Position numbers and translations under genes: made by a program
Part shown: positions 26,439 to 35,458 of the stretch, one piece after another
How positions within the stretch are numbered: the stretch's first letter is position 1
Layout of the letters: the number at the start of each line of letters is the position of its first letter
DNA from: Vicinamibacterales bacterium
GTDB lineage: Bacteria; Acidobacteriota; Vicinamibacteria; Vicinamibacterales; 2-12-FULL-66-21
Reading direction: 5' to 3'
Assembly: GCA_035492775.1 (NCBI GenBank)
Contig: DATJIW010000097.1
Span: 2,500 to 66,499 of the forward strand
DNA: 64,000 bases
Notes under the pieces: model-generated
Database searches by the model: none
What the model saw: only the letters and a program-made list of their open reading frames with translations
What the model was told of the DNA's origin: nothing

Positions 26439-27461
26439 TTGACGACCTGTTTGGTCGGATATAGACTGCCAATCGGACCTTATCGGTCGTATATCTCTGG
26501 AAGGTCGATCCTGAAGTCCCGCTTCGCTCCGCTCGCACTCACGATTCCAGCGGCCGCCGTCGTCGCCGTGCTGCTGCTGCAGCTCCTCCGCGCCGGCGGC
26601 CTGCCCGACCCGCTCGCCCGCGTGGACTTCGGCGCCCGCGTCCTCGACATTACCGTCCTCGTCTTCCGAGAAGGGCTCGAGTGCATCCTGGTCGTCGCCG
26701 CCCTGACGGCCAATATGGTCGGCACGCGCCGCGGCTATCAGCGGCCCGTCGCCGCCGGACTGGGGCTCGGAGCCGCCGCCACGCTGGCGACCTGGCTCAT
26801 CGCCGTGCGCCTCATCGACTCGCTCACCGAGAGCATCCCCGCGCTGCAGGTGCAGGCGGCAACCGGACTCCTCGCGATCGTCGTGCTGCTCGTGGTGATG
26901 AACTGGTTCTTCCACAAGGTCTACTGGACCGGCTGGATCTCGATGCACAGCCGGAAGAAGCAACAGCTCATTCGCCGCGACACCTCGACGCGGCGTGTGT
27001 GGTGGGGTCTCGCCCTCCTCGGGTTCTCATCGCTTTATCGTGAAGGCTTCGAAATCGTTCTGTTCCTCCAGAGCTATCGGCTGCGTCTCGGAACGACGCC
27101 CGTCGTCTACGGCGTCGCGATCGGACTCCTCCTCACCGGTGTCATCGGCGTGCTCACGTTCGTCGCCCACCGCCGCCTTCCCTACCGCCGCATGCTCGTG
27201 TTGACCGGTGTCATGCTCGGCCTGGTCATGCTCGTCATGGTCGGAGAACAAGCGCAGGAGATGCAGCTCGCGCAGTGGCTGCCGACAACGCCCATCGGGT
27301 TCCTGGAGGGTGCAATCCCCTCCTGGATGGGCCTGTGGTTTGCGGTCTTCCCCACTGCCGAAACGCTCGGCGCGCAACTGCTGGCCGCAGCGCTCGTGAT
27401 TGGCTCGTACTTCCTGGCGAGGGAACAGTCAGAGCGGGCTCTCGACTCCAGCGTGGCCTAG
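26439..27461 (+). CDS. FTR1/EfeU-family iron permease
   Basis: Two REGxE motifs (FREGLECIL, YREGFEIVL) in TM segments. Start is uncertain: the TTG at 26439 is only the ORF boundary, and in-frame GTG 26622 is possible. Confidence 0.72.
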   Translation: MTTCLVGYRLPIGPYRSYISGRSILKSRFAPLALTIPAAAVVAVLLLQLLRAGGLPDPLARVDFGARVLDITVLVFREGLECILVVAALTANMVGTRRGYQRPVAAGLGLGAAATLATWLIAVRLIDSLTESIPALQVQAATGLLAIVVLLVVMNWFFHKVYWTGWISMHSRKKQQLIRRDTSTRRVWWGLALLGFSSLYREGFEIVLFLQSYRLRLGTTPVVYGVAIGLLLTGVIGVLTFVAHRRLPYRRMLVLTGVMLGLVMLVMVGEQAQEMQLAQWLPTTPIGFLEGAIPSWMGLWFAVFPTAETLGAQLLAAALVIGSYFLAREQSERALDSSVA

Positions 27462-29482
27462 CGTTCCCACACGACCGAGAAAGCCGTCCGTCCGTCACGC
27501 AGTCCGTGCGCCAGATCCATGCGCAGGACTCCGGCGCCCGGCGCTGAGATCCTCACTCCCACACCGGCGTCCACCTGCATCGCGCTGAGGCTCGACGGCA
27601 ATCCGCGCGTCGCTTGCGCCGCGTCCACGAAGACGGCTGGCGCGTACTGCAGCAGCCACTTCGACGGGCGGCTCCAGCGCTGCAACTCTACGCCTGCGTC
27701 AACGAGGCGCTTCCCGAAGACGCCGCCACTAATCACGCCATCGTCGAGCAGAGGATGTGCGCGGAGAAGCGTGTCCCGAACGTGACCCGTGTCAGCGCCG
27801 GGCCATGTCATCGCCGGCGCATCGTCCGTTGCAGCGGCCGCGCCCGCCCGGGCGACCCAGACGGTGCCAGATCGGACGGCCGAATTCGTGAACCGCGCAT
27901 CGATGCTTCCAATCGAAAAGGCGTCCGAGCCGGTCCAGTGGGACGCCTGCACACGCAGCGTCAGGTAGTCAGGCACAGGTTGAAACTCAACGCCGCCACC
28001 CACCATTGGCTGGCGTTCACGGTTTGTCCACCGATCGATTCCGGCAATGCCGCTGATCCGCAGACGGTCGGTCAGCCACGCTCCGAAGCCGCCGCCGATG
28101 CGCGTGCGAGTCTGCTGCACGCCGCCGGCAAACGTCTCCGTCTCGTGCGCCGCGTCGATCTGCCAGACTCCGTGGAGGAAGGGCGCCGGCGCGATGAACG
28201 CCGCTGACACCGCGGGACGATGGGCCCACCAGCGCCAGCTCGCGTCGATCCGTTCACCGCCTCCAGTCGAACTCGACACGCTCGCGTCGATCGCTCGATC
28301 CACGGTCGCGCCGATTCCGAGCGCCGCGATGGCGGACAGGCCGCGCGGATACGCATCGCGTTCGACGACCGCGACGTCGACCTGAGCGCGGCCATTCTCG
28401 ACCGGGCGATACGATACTCGCGCAGTTGCAATCGATGGAAGATCGGCCACACGACGCTCGGCAAGGCGCAGCGTTGAAGGCGTCAGCAATTCGCGTGGAG
28501 CGAGGCCCGTGGCGTCGTAAACGATGCTGTATCGAGTCCTATCGAGACCCGTCACGTTAACGAGATCGATTCGGGGCTCGCCGGTGTGGTTCCACGCATC
28601 GAGAGCAGCCTCGCCGTTCTCGGAGAGGTATTCGGCCGTTGCAAGCAGACGCCAAGCGTATTGGTCGCCGGAATCGAGGCGTACTGCGCGTCCTGCGTGC
28701 TCTGCCGCTGCGCGCCAGTTCTTGTCCAGCGCATCGAGACCGGCCAACTCGCGCCAGGGCGCTGATGATTGCGGACAGGCCTTCGTGGCCGACTCGAGCA
28801 AGGGCCGGGAACTCGCGCGATCGCGTTCCGCAACGGCAATCCCACGTGACACGAGCGCAGCACACGACGCGGGCGCCGGAGCGGAGGTGACGTCATGCGG
28901 CGGAGCGTCAGCGTGAAGATCCGCCGGTGGCAGAAGCGTGAGCATCCACCGATCGGTTGCCGCCCATGCGCGATCGAAGCCGTTGTCGGAAAGCGACCGG
29001 TCGGGCGCACGCGCCGGGTCGTGCACGATCGTTCGTCCGTCATGGCGGCCAAGCACGACGACGTAGTGATAGCGGCCTCGGCCGACAGCGATCAAGGCGA
29101 TGACCGGACGGCGCCGCGCGACCTGTTCCTGAAGGCGTTCGATCGATCCCGACTCGACAAGCGGCGTCCATCCCCGCGCCTGCAGCGACGAAGCGAGCGC
29201 GCCCGTTCGAATTCCCCCAGCCGAGCGATCGACGAGCGATGCGAACGCGTCGGGATACACGTCCTGCGCGCCCCAGTAGCGCATCACCATTGCGGCAGCC
29301 GCGCCGCCGCACAGATCTTCGGACTGGGGAAGATAGGGAACGGTGAGGGTCGCACTGGACGCCGTCGGATCCGTCGGAACCGCGGGCCCGGCTTGCGCCG
29401 CGGCGGACCGGGCGAGCGCGGCCGTCACGACGAACGCAACGGCCGCTGGTGTGATGCGCCGCGGGTACCGCCCCGAGGTCAC
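27458..29482 (-). CDS. C39-like cysteine peptidase + TPR-like linker + POTRA + Omp85/TpsB-like beta-barrel fusion
   Basis: Signal peptide; EDLCGGAAAAMVMRYWG (Cys), RYHYVVVLG (His), VHDP (Asp); POTRA-like IDLVNVTGLDRT...VDVAVVERD; C-terminal alternating beta pattern ending ...RTAFSVVWER. Confidence 0.7.
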   Translation of the reverse strand: MTSGRYPRRITPAAVAFVVTAALARSAAAQAGPAVPTDPTASSATLTVPYLPQSEDLCGGAAAAMVMRYWGAQDVYPDAFASLVDRSAGGIRTGALASSLQARGWTPLVESGSIERLQEQVARRRPVIALIAVGRGRYHYVVVLGRHDGRTIVHDPARAPDRSLSDNGFDRAWAATDRWMLTLLPPADLHADAPPHDVTSAPAPASCAALVSRGIAVAERDRASSRPLLESATKACPQSSAPWRELAGLDALDKNWRAAAEHAGRAVRLDSGDQYAWRLLATAEYLSENGEAALDAWNHTGEPRIDLVNVTGLDRTRYSIVYDATGLAPRELLTPSTLRLAERRVADLPSIATARVSYRPVENGRAQVDVAVVERDAYPRGLSAIAALGIGATVDRAIDASVSSSTGGGERIDASWRWWAHRPAVSAAFIAPAPFLHGVWQIDAAHETETFAGGVQQTRTRIGGGFGAWLTDRLRISGIAGIDRWTNRERQPMVGGGVEFQPVPDYLTLRVQASHWTGSDAFSIGSIDARFTNSAVRSGTVWVARAGAAAATDDAPAMTWPGADTGHVRDTLLRAHPLLDDGVISGGVFGKRLVDAGVELQRWSRPSKWLLQYAPAVFVDAAQATRGLPSSLSAMQVDAGVGVRISAPGAGVLRMDLAHGLRDGRTAFSVVWER

Positions 29483-29871
29483 TTGAGCGCGAGAATGAGG
29501 ATGATAACGAGCAGCGCGATGATGATGATCGTCGTGGTCGATATGACGACCGTGCTGGCGCCGCCCGCGAGCTGCGAGTTGACCGTGCGCGCCTGTGCCG
29601 CTGCCTGCGCCAGATCCTGTCCCTGAAGCGTCGAGACGGCAGCCTCGGCCTTGTCGATCGGAAGCCCGGCTTTGGCGGCGACATCCTTCACCGCCGGCTG
29701 GTGCAGGAACTCACGCAGGGCGGTGCGGTCCGCCTCGTCCTGTGCAACCCGCTGGTGTACGGCCTGGTCGAGCGCCGATTGGCTGATGGTATGGGGCTGC
29801 TGCGCCCACGCGACCGGCGCGCACAACGTGAGCGCAAGCGCCGTTCCGAGAAGTGCCCGAAGCGTCTGCAT
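29479..29871 (-). CDS. Small secreted, C-terminally tail-anchored protein (PA2779-like)
   Basis: GGAGG RBS before ATG 29871, signal peptide MQTLRALLGTALALTLCAPVAWA, helical middle, AGG motif, then hydrophobic tail VVISTTTIIIIALLVIILILALK. GTGA overlap with the peptidase gene. Confidence 0.6.
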   Translation of the reverse strand: MQTLRALLGTALALTLCAPVAWAQQPHTISQSALDQAVHQRVAQDEADRTALREFLHQPAVKDVAAKAGLPIDKAEAAVSTLQGQDLAQAAAQARTVNSQLAGGASTVVISTTTIIIIALLVIILILALK

Positions 29872-30034
29872 GAGATTCCTCCTGCCAAAAGACAAAGCTG
29901 TCCGTCGTTCTCCCGGCGGGGACAGAAAGCATCATCCATGCCGCGTCAGCGACGCGTGCAGCGGCATTCCGGGTCCGGCGCGTCCGTAGCCGGCAACCCT
30001 TCAGCCCGTCGCACCGTCCAAGCCATCGATACTC

Positions 30035-30071
30035 AGGACTCCTGCATAAGACTGTGGTATATAGGAGTCCT
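30035..30071. promoter_or_regulatory. 9-bp inverted repeat AGGACTCCT-N19-AGGAGTCCT spanning a TATATA box (candidate PadR operator)
   Basis: Perfect arms at 30035-30043 and 30063-30071, TATATA at 30058-30063. Lies 16 nt upstream of the padR ATG. Confidence 0.4.
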
Positions 30072-30086
30072 TCATATGGAGGCCGC

Positions 30087-30431
30087 ATGACCGGACGCCG
30101 ATCGCTCGACGAAGCCAAGAAGGGCAGCGCCGAGATCCTGATTCTTGCCATCGTCGAGCACGAGAGCCATCACGGCTATGAAATCGCCGGGCTGATCGAA
30201 GCGCGCTCGAACGGCAGCCTGCGGTTCACGCTCGCATCGCTCTACGCCACGCTCTATCGGCTGGAGGACCGCGGATGGATCCGCGGGCGCTGGATCGAGC
30301 GCGCGGGCCAGCGGCGCCGGTGTCACTACCGGATCACTGACGCAGGCCGGAAGGTGCTGGCCGATCAGCGGGCCGACTGGGCCCGCTTCGTCGCCGCACT
30401 CGGCCAGGTCGCCGGCATTCGCTTCGCCTGA
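30087..30431 (+). CDS. PadR-family transcriptional regulator
   Basis: GGAGG at 30078-30082. ILILAIVEHESHHGYEI ... LYATLYRLEDRGWIRGRW is a winged-helix PadR signature. Confidence 0.9.
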   Translation: MTGRRSLDEAKKGSAEILILAIVEHESHHGYEIAGLIEARSNGSLRFTLASLYATLYRLEDRGWIRGRWIERAGQRRRCHYRITDAGRKVLADQRADWARFVAALGQVAGIRFA

Positions 30432-30443
30432 CGGGAGGGCGCG

Positions 30444-33128
30444 ATGAAACAGGGACACGATTGGGCCGCACTCGTGCGGCAGCACGCACGTGCAACGGCC
30501 GCGAACGGGCTCCCGCTGCATACGATCCAGGAACTCGCCGCGCATCTGGAAGACATCTACCTCGACGCGCTCCGTGCGGGGCGCACCGAAACGGATGCCC
30601 TCGACGCCGCGCGGGCCGCGCTCCGCGAATCGCCGCTCTCGGCCGTCCCCCGGTCGCGCACGCACCCGGCCGAATCGAGCGCCGGCCGCTCGGCCTGGTT
30701 CGGCATCGCCGGCGATTTGCGCTGCATGTGGCGCCAGATGCGCCGTGCTCCATCGTTCGCGGCGGTAGCGGTCGCCACACTCGGCATCGGCGCTGGCGCC
30801 GCGACCGCCATCTTCAGCGTCGTTGACGCGGTGCTCCTCCGGCCGCTCCCTTACCGCGACCCTCAAACACTCGTCGCGCTCTGGGAGGCGAACGCGGAGA
30901 AGGGCCTCCCTCGCGAGCGTCTCTCCCCCGTCAACTTCATGGATTACCGCTCGCTGAACCACGTGTTCACCGACGCAGCGGCCTGGTGGCGACCCGACAT
31001 GAGCCTCGTCCGCCCAGGCACGGATCCGATGCGTGTCAGCACGGTCGAAACCAGCGGCAACCTGTTCGACCTGCTTGGCGTATCTCCGCAGCTCGGACCC
31101 GGCTTCCCCGCCAACGGTCCGTTCTATTCCGCGACGCCGACGGCGGTCATCAGCGATCACTTATGGCGAACGTGGTACGGGAGCGATCGGTCCGTCGTTG
31201 GCAAGCGGCTCGACGCGAAAGACGGTCAGTACATCGTCACGGGCGTCATGCCTCCGGGATTTCGGTTCCCGGACGACGTGGACGTGTGGCTGCTGCTCAA
31301 CTGGGATCTCACGCATCACAGCCGCGGCGCCCATTTCATGGAGGCCATCGCGCGCCTCGCGCCTGGCGTCACGCTCGAACAGGCTTCGCATGAACTCAGC
31401 CAGCTGTCGGGACGGCTGGCAACAGCGGCGCCGAGCACCAACCGCGGATGGCTCGCGCGGCCGGTGCCGCTGCTCGACGACATGCTCGGCTACTACCGCC
31501 CGGCGCTCTTCGTCCTCGTCGCGGCCGTGGCGCTGCTGCTGCTGACGGCGTGCCTGAATGTCGCCAGCCTGCTGCTCGCGCGAGCGAGCACGCGTGCCCG
31601 CGAGTTCGCCGTCAGGGGGGCGCTTGGTGCAACCCGGTTTCGCCTGATCCGTCAGATGATCGCCGAAAGCTTTCTCCTCGCTGCGGCGGGAACTCTCGCT
31701 GGCGCAGCCACGGCGGCGGCATTGCTGCAGGGCGCGATTCGCGTCCTCCCCGCATCGATCCCGCGTCTGTCGCAAGTGACGCTGGACACGCGGCTGCTCG
31801 CGTTCGGGCTCATCGTCATCCTGACGACGGCGATGGTGTTTGGAATCGCGCCTGCCCTGCTGTTGTCGAACACGCGCGCGTCGGAATCGCTGCGCGACGG
31901 GTCCCGCTCCGCGACGTCACGAAGAAGCCGCTCGTGGAACCAGGTCCTCGTCGTGGCCGAAGTCGCTCTGGCTTCCGCCGTCCTCCTGTCATCAGGGCTG
32001 CTGATTCGAAGCGTCAACCGGATGTTGACGGCCCCGACCGGCGTCGACTCGACGCACGTCGTGACCGCAACCGTACAAGTTCCTTCCGCCGGCTACCGCG
32101 ACTGGACAACCGTCGATCACTTCTACGACGTCCTGCTCGCGTCGGTGCGCGCGCAGTCCGGCATCCAGCAGGCCGGCGGGACGACAACGCTTCCACTCGC
32201 CGCGAGCTGGCGTCTCACCTATCTGATCAACGGACGTCCGGCGCCGCCGCCGGGAGATGAATCGCTCGCCCAGCACATCAGCGTCACGTCCGGTTACTTC
32301 GAGACGTTCAAGGCGCGCCGCGTCGCTGGACGCTTCTTCGACTCAACGGATACTCCGCAGTCGGAGCCGGTCGTCGTCGTCAACGAAACCTTCGCGCGCG
32401 AAGCGTTTCCCGGAGACGACCCCCTTGGCCACCAGATCCTGTCGATGGCCCGCAATATCGGCCCTCTGGGCATGAATACGGTCGGCCGCGGTCCATTCCG
32501 GATCGTGGGGGTGGTCGGCGACATCAGCCAGGAGCGATTCGGCCATGCGCCGGAGCCGGTGATCTATCACACGGCGAGGCAGTTTCCGTTCCGTGAAATG
32601 ACGCTCGTCGCGCGCGGCGACGACGCGGCCGGCGTGACCGCGGGCATTCGATCGGCGCTGCGCGCGCTCGACCCGACGCTGCCGCTCGCGAACACACAGA
32701 CGGCGGAAGCGCGAATGTTGTCGTTGACCTCGGCGCCGCGTCTGCTCATGTTCGTGCTCACGGCGTTCGCCGTACTGACGGCAGCGCTCGCGGCCATTGG
32801 CGTCTACGGTCTGCTGGCGTGGGTCGTCAATGAACGGCACCGGGAGCTGGCGATCAGGCTCGCGCTCGGCGCGCAGCCCCTGTCGCTGGCGCGGACCGTG
32901 ACCGCGCAGGGAATCGGTCTTGCGCTCGCCGGAATCGCAGCCGGCGTCGCCGCGGCGCAGCTCGCGTCCGGCTGGCTGTCCGCCGTGCTGTTTGAGACGC
33001 GATCGACTGATGCGATCGCGATCGGCGGCGCCGCAACGGTGCTGCTCGCCGCATCGCTCGTCGCGTGTCTCGCGCCGGCGTGCCGCGCGGCGAGGGTCGC
33101 TCCAGTCGACGGTCTGAAGATCGATTAA
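30444..33128 (+). CDS. ADOP-family permease with N-terminal permease-prefix domain
   Basis: About 100-aa helical prefix (IQELAAHLEDIYLDALRAG), then two MacB_PCD+FtsX modules. Lies 12 nt after padR. Confidence 0.9.
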   Translation: MKQGHDWAALVRQHARATAANGLPLHTIQELAAHLEDIYLDALRAGRTETDALDAARAALRESPLSAVPRSRTHPAESSAGRSAWFGIAGDLRCMWRQMRRAPSFAAVAVATLGIGAGAATAIFSVVDAVLLRPLPYRDPQTLVALWEANAEKGLPRERLSPVNFMDYRSLNHVFTDAAAWWRPDMSLVRPGTDPMRVSTVETSGNLFDLLGVSPQLGPGFPANGPFYSATPTAVISDHLWRTWYGSDRSVVGKRLDAKDGQYIVTGVMPPGFRFPDDVDVWLLLNWDLTHHSRGAHFMEAIARLAPGVTLEQASHELSQLSGRLATAAPSTNRGWLARPVPLLDDMLGYYRPALFVLVAAVALLLLTACLNVASLLLARASTRAREFAVRGALGATRFRLIRQMIAESFLLAAAGTLAGAATAAALLQGAIRVLPASIPRLSQVTLDTRLLAFGLIVILTTAMVFGIAPALLLSNTRASESLRDGSRSATSRRSRSWNQVLVVAEVALASAVLLSSGLLIRSVNRMLTAPTGVDSTHVVTATVQVPSAGYRDWTTVDHFYDVLLASVRAQSGIQQAGGTTTLPLAASWRLTYLINGRPAPPPGDESLAQHISVTSGYFETFKARRVAGRFFDSTDTPQSEPVVVVNETFAREAFPGDDPLGHQILSMARNIGPLGMNTVGRGPFRIVGVVGDISQERFGHAPEPVIYHTARQFPFREMTLVARGDDAAGVTAGIRSALRALDPTLPLANTQTAEARMLSLTSAPRLLMFVLTAFAVLTAALAAIGVYGLLAWVVNERHRELAIRLALGAQPLSLARTVTAQGIGLALAGIAAGVAAAQLASGWLSAVLFETRSTDAIAIGGAATVLLAASLVACLAPACRAARVAPVDGLKID

Positions 33129-33496
33129 GGCAGCGGGCGCCGGCGCCACAACGACGCACCCGCGGCGCCGAGGAGCGTTCCAACGGCGTTCATGGTGACG
33201 TCAGTGGCCGACGGATCGCGCCGCGCACAATAGAGCTGCATCGATTCGGCGCCGATGGATACTGCGAGTGCCATCAGGAGCACCGTCGCCGTTCCGGCGA
33301 AACCGCGGCGGTTCGTCTTGAAGGTCCAGCCGAGCGGCAGGAACATCAGGGTGTTGATGATCATGTCGCTCGCCTTGTCAGTCGGGCTCGTGAATGGTAC
33401 CCACGTGACGTGGTTCCACTGCGGCGTCGACAGCACGCCGAACCACGGGCCGCTGCCGACGAAGATCAGCAGCACCCACAACTGCCAGAACCTCAA
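33125..33496 (-). CDS. VanZ-like membrane protein
   Basis: 4-TM 123-aa protein with DKASDMIINTLMFLPLG, typical of VanZ. Its stop overlaps the convergent ADOP stop (TTAA). Confidence 0.65.
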   Translation of the reverse strand: MRFWQLWVLLIFVGSGPWFGVLSTPQWNHVTWVPFTSPTDKASDMIINTLMFLPLGWTFKTNRRGFAGTATVLLMALAVSIGAESMQLYCARRDPSATDVTMNAVGTLLGAAGASLWRRRPLP

Positions 33497-34053
33497 TGTG
33501 CGCCCGTCCGGTGCCGCAGCTCGCCGCGGCGCATTTGCCGGTACATCTCCAGCGCCGACCGGATGATCCGCGCGGCATCGTCGGGTCCGAGCATTTCGTC
33601 TACGACGACCTGCTTGTTCTCGAGCACTTTGTAGTCCTCGAAGAACCGTTTGATCTCACGAACCTGATGCGCCGGGATCTGCGACTTGTCCCGGTAGTCG
33701 GCAAACGCCGGGTCCTTGACGCTGACGGCGACGATCTTGTCGTCGATGCCCTTTTCGTCCCGCATGCGCATCACCCCGACCGCGCGCGCATCCACGATCG
33801 TGAGCGGCGTGACCGGCTCCTGTCCGAGCACCAGCGCGTCCAGCGGATCCCCGTCGTCACAAAACGTGCGCGGGATGAAGCCGTAGTTCGCCGGGTAATG
33901 GACGGCGCTGTAGAGCACGCGATCGAGGCGAAGCAGGCCGGTTTCCTTGTCGAGCTCATACTTGTTCTTGCTGCCAGCCGGGACCTCGATGATGACGGGA
34001 AATGCGTCGTTGACGAGCGAATCGTCAACGTAGCAGTCGTGCCAGGGATGCAT
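33493..34053 (-). CDS. ppa: Inorganic pyrophosphatase (family I)
   Basis: VIIEVPAGSKNKYE, YPANYGFIP, DGDPLDALVL, DEKGIDDKIVAV. Confidence 0.92.
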   Translation of the reverse strand: MHPWHDCYVDDSLVNDAFPVIIEVPAGSKNKYELDKETGLLRLDRVLYSAVHYPANYGFIPRTFCDDGDPLDALVLGQEPVTPLTIVDARAVGVMRMRDEKGIDDKIVAVSVKDPAFADYRDKSQIPAHQVREIKRFFEDYKVLENKQVVVDEMLGPDDAARIIRSALEMYRQMRRGELRHRTGAH

Positions 34054-34139
34054 TCCCGACAGCCTATACCGTCCGGCCGGTTGCCGCCACACCCACGACC
34101 CGCTTCCAAGAAACGCGCGGCGCCGCTACACTTCTCGCG

Positions 34140-34997
34140 ATGAACATCGACAGCTACATCGCCGCACCTGGCCGCTTCCGGCTGAACCGCGTCGACCCCG
34201 ATGCCCATGGGGCCATCGAATCGAAGGCACGCGCGGAAACCCTCCTGCAGGCGGGAATCGAACGGCTGCGGAAGCTGCAGGAAGTGCTCTATGCACAGGA
34301 CCGCTGGGGCGTTCTGCTCATCCTGCAGGCCATGGACACCGCCGGGAAGGACGGCGTGATCGAGCACGTCATGAGCGGCGTGAATCCACAGGGCTGCCGG
34401 GTCGTGTCGTTCAAGCGGCCGTCGGCAGAGGAGCTGGATCACGACTACTTGTGGCGGGCGGTCCGCGAACTCCCGGCCCGCGGCGACATCGGCATCTTTA
34501 ACCGCTCCTACTACGAGGAAGTGCTGGTGGTACGCGTCCACGAGGACGTGCTGCAGGCCGAGAAGCTTCCGCCCGCGCTCGTGAGTACGAAGATCTGGCG
34601 CGAGCGGTACGAAGATATCAACGCGCTCGAGCGATATCTGTCGAGGAACGGCTATCTCATTCGCAAGGTGTTTCTTCACATTTCAAAAGACGAGCAGCGG
34701 AAGCGGCTCCTCGCCAGGCTCGACGACCGCGACAAGCTGTGGAAGTTCCAGGAGGGGGATCTCGCCGAACGTGGTCTGTGGAAGCAATACATGCATGCGT
34801 ACGATGACGCGATCCGCGCCACGAGCACGAAAGACGCGCCGTGGTATGTCGTGCCTGCGAATCGGAAATGGTTCGCACGACTCGTCGTCGCGCACGTCCT
34901 CATCGATGCGCTCGAGTCCCTCCACCTCAACTATCCGACGGTGGACCGAAAGCGCCGGCGCATGCTGGCTGGGCTGAAACGCCAGCTCTCGCGATGA
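34140..34997 (+). CDS. Polyphosphate kinase 2 family (polyphosphate:nucleotide phosphotransferase)
   Basis: LLILQAMDTAGKDG (Walker A-like), FNRSYYEEV, WYVVPANRKW. Confidence 0.9.
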   Translation: MNIDSYIAAPGRFRLNRVDPDAHGAIESKARAETLLQAGIERLRKLQEVLYAQDRWGVLLILQAMDTAGKDGVIEHVMSGVNPQGCRVVSFKRPSAEELDHDYLWRAVRELPARGDIGIFNRSYYEEVLVVRVHEDVLQAEKLPPALVSTKIWRERYEDINALERYLSRNGYLIRKVFLHISKDEQRKRLLARLDDRDKLWKFQEGDLAERGLWKQYMHAYDDAIRATSTKDAPWYVVPANRKWFARLVVAHVLIDALESLHLNYPTVDRKRRRMLAGLKRQLSR

Positions 34998-35019
34998 GCA
35001 GCCAACGGTGATGTCGCGC

Positions 35020-35035
35020 TGGCACGTAGTTCGCT
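35020..35035 (+). promoter_or_regulatory. Sigma-54-like motif CTGGCACG-N4-TCGCT
   Basis: TGGCAC plus GC at the canonical offset, with one mismatch in the -12 box. Lies in a 460-nt gap and the predicted +1 is near ATG 35047. Confidence 0.3.
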
Positions 35036-35046
35036 CGCGTGATCGC

Positions 35047-35394
35047 ATGCGCACCGCATATGGGGCGATTTTCGCCGGATGTGCAGTGGTCGGCTTCGCG
35101 AGTGTATTCAACTCCCATACACCAGCGCCGAGGGCTGAGCTGTCGACGACGAATTCGTCGGCGCCCCATCCGGCCGGTTCGCCACATCCGCTCGAGTCGA
35201 CGATCACCGTCCAGACCGAGCTCATCGAGCCGTCCATAGTGCGGAGGGATATCGCGCCTGCGCAAGCTCCCGCCGCTCATCCGGCATCGCAACACGGTCA
35301 CGTGAGGCCTCGACCCTCCCGCTCTTTGTTGGCGAGGCTCGTATTCGGCGACGGCGAGGCCCGTCCACAACCCTTTCCACGGGTCCGCGAATAG
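35047..35394 (+). CDS. Hypothetical N-terminally anchored Pro-rich protein
   Basis: ORF with coding-like third-position GC and the TM segment AYGAIFAGCAVVGFASVF. No recognisable family. Confidence 0.35.
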   Translation: MRTAYGAIFAGCAVVGFASVFNSHTPAPRAELSTTNSSAPHPAGSPHPLESTITVQTELIEPSIVRRDIAPAQAPAAHPASQHGHVRPRPSRSLLARLVFGDGEARPQPFPRVRE

Positions 35395-35458
35395 CTGTCA
35401 GGGCCGCTCGTCCTTTGGCCTTTGCGGGTGATCCGCGCCGTGCGAAGATCCGGCGGAC

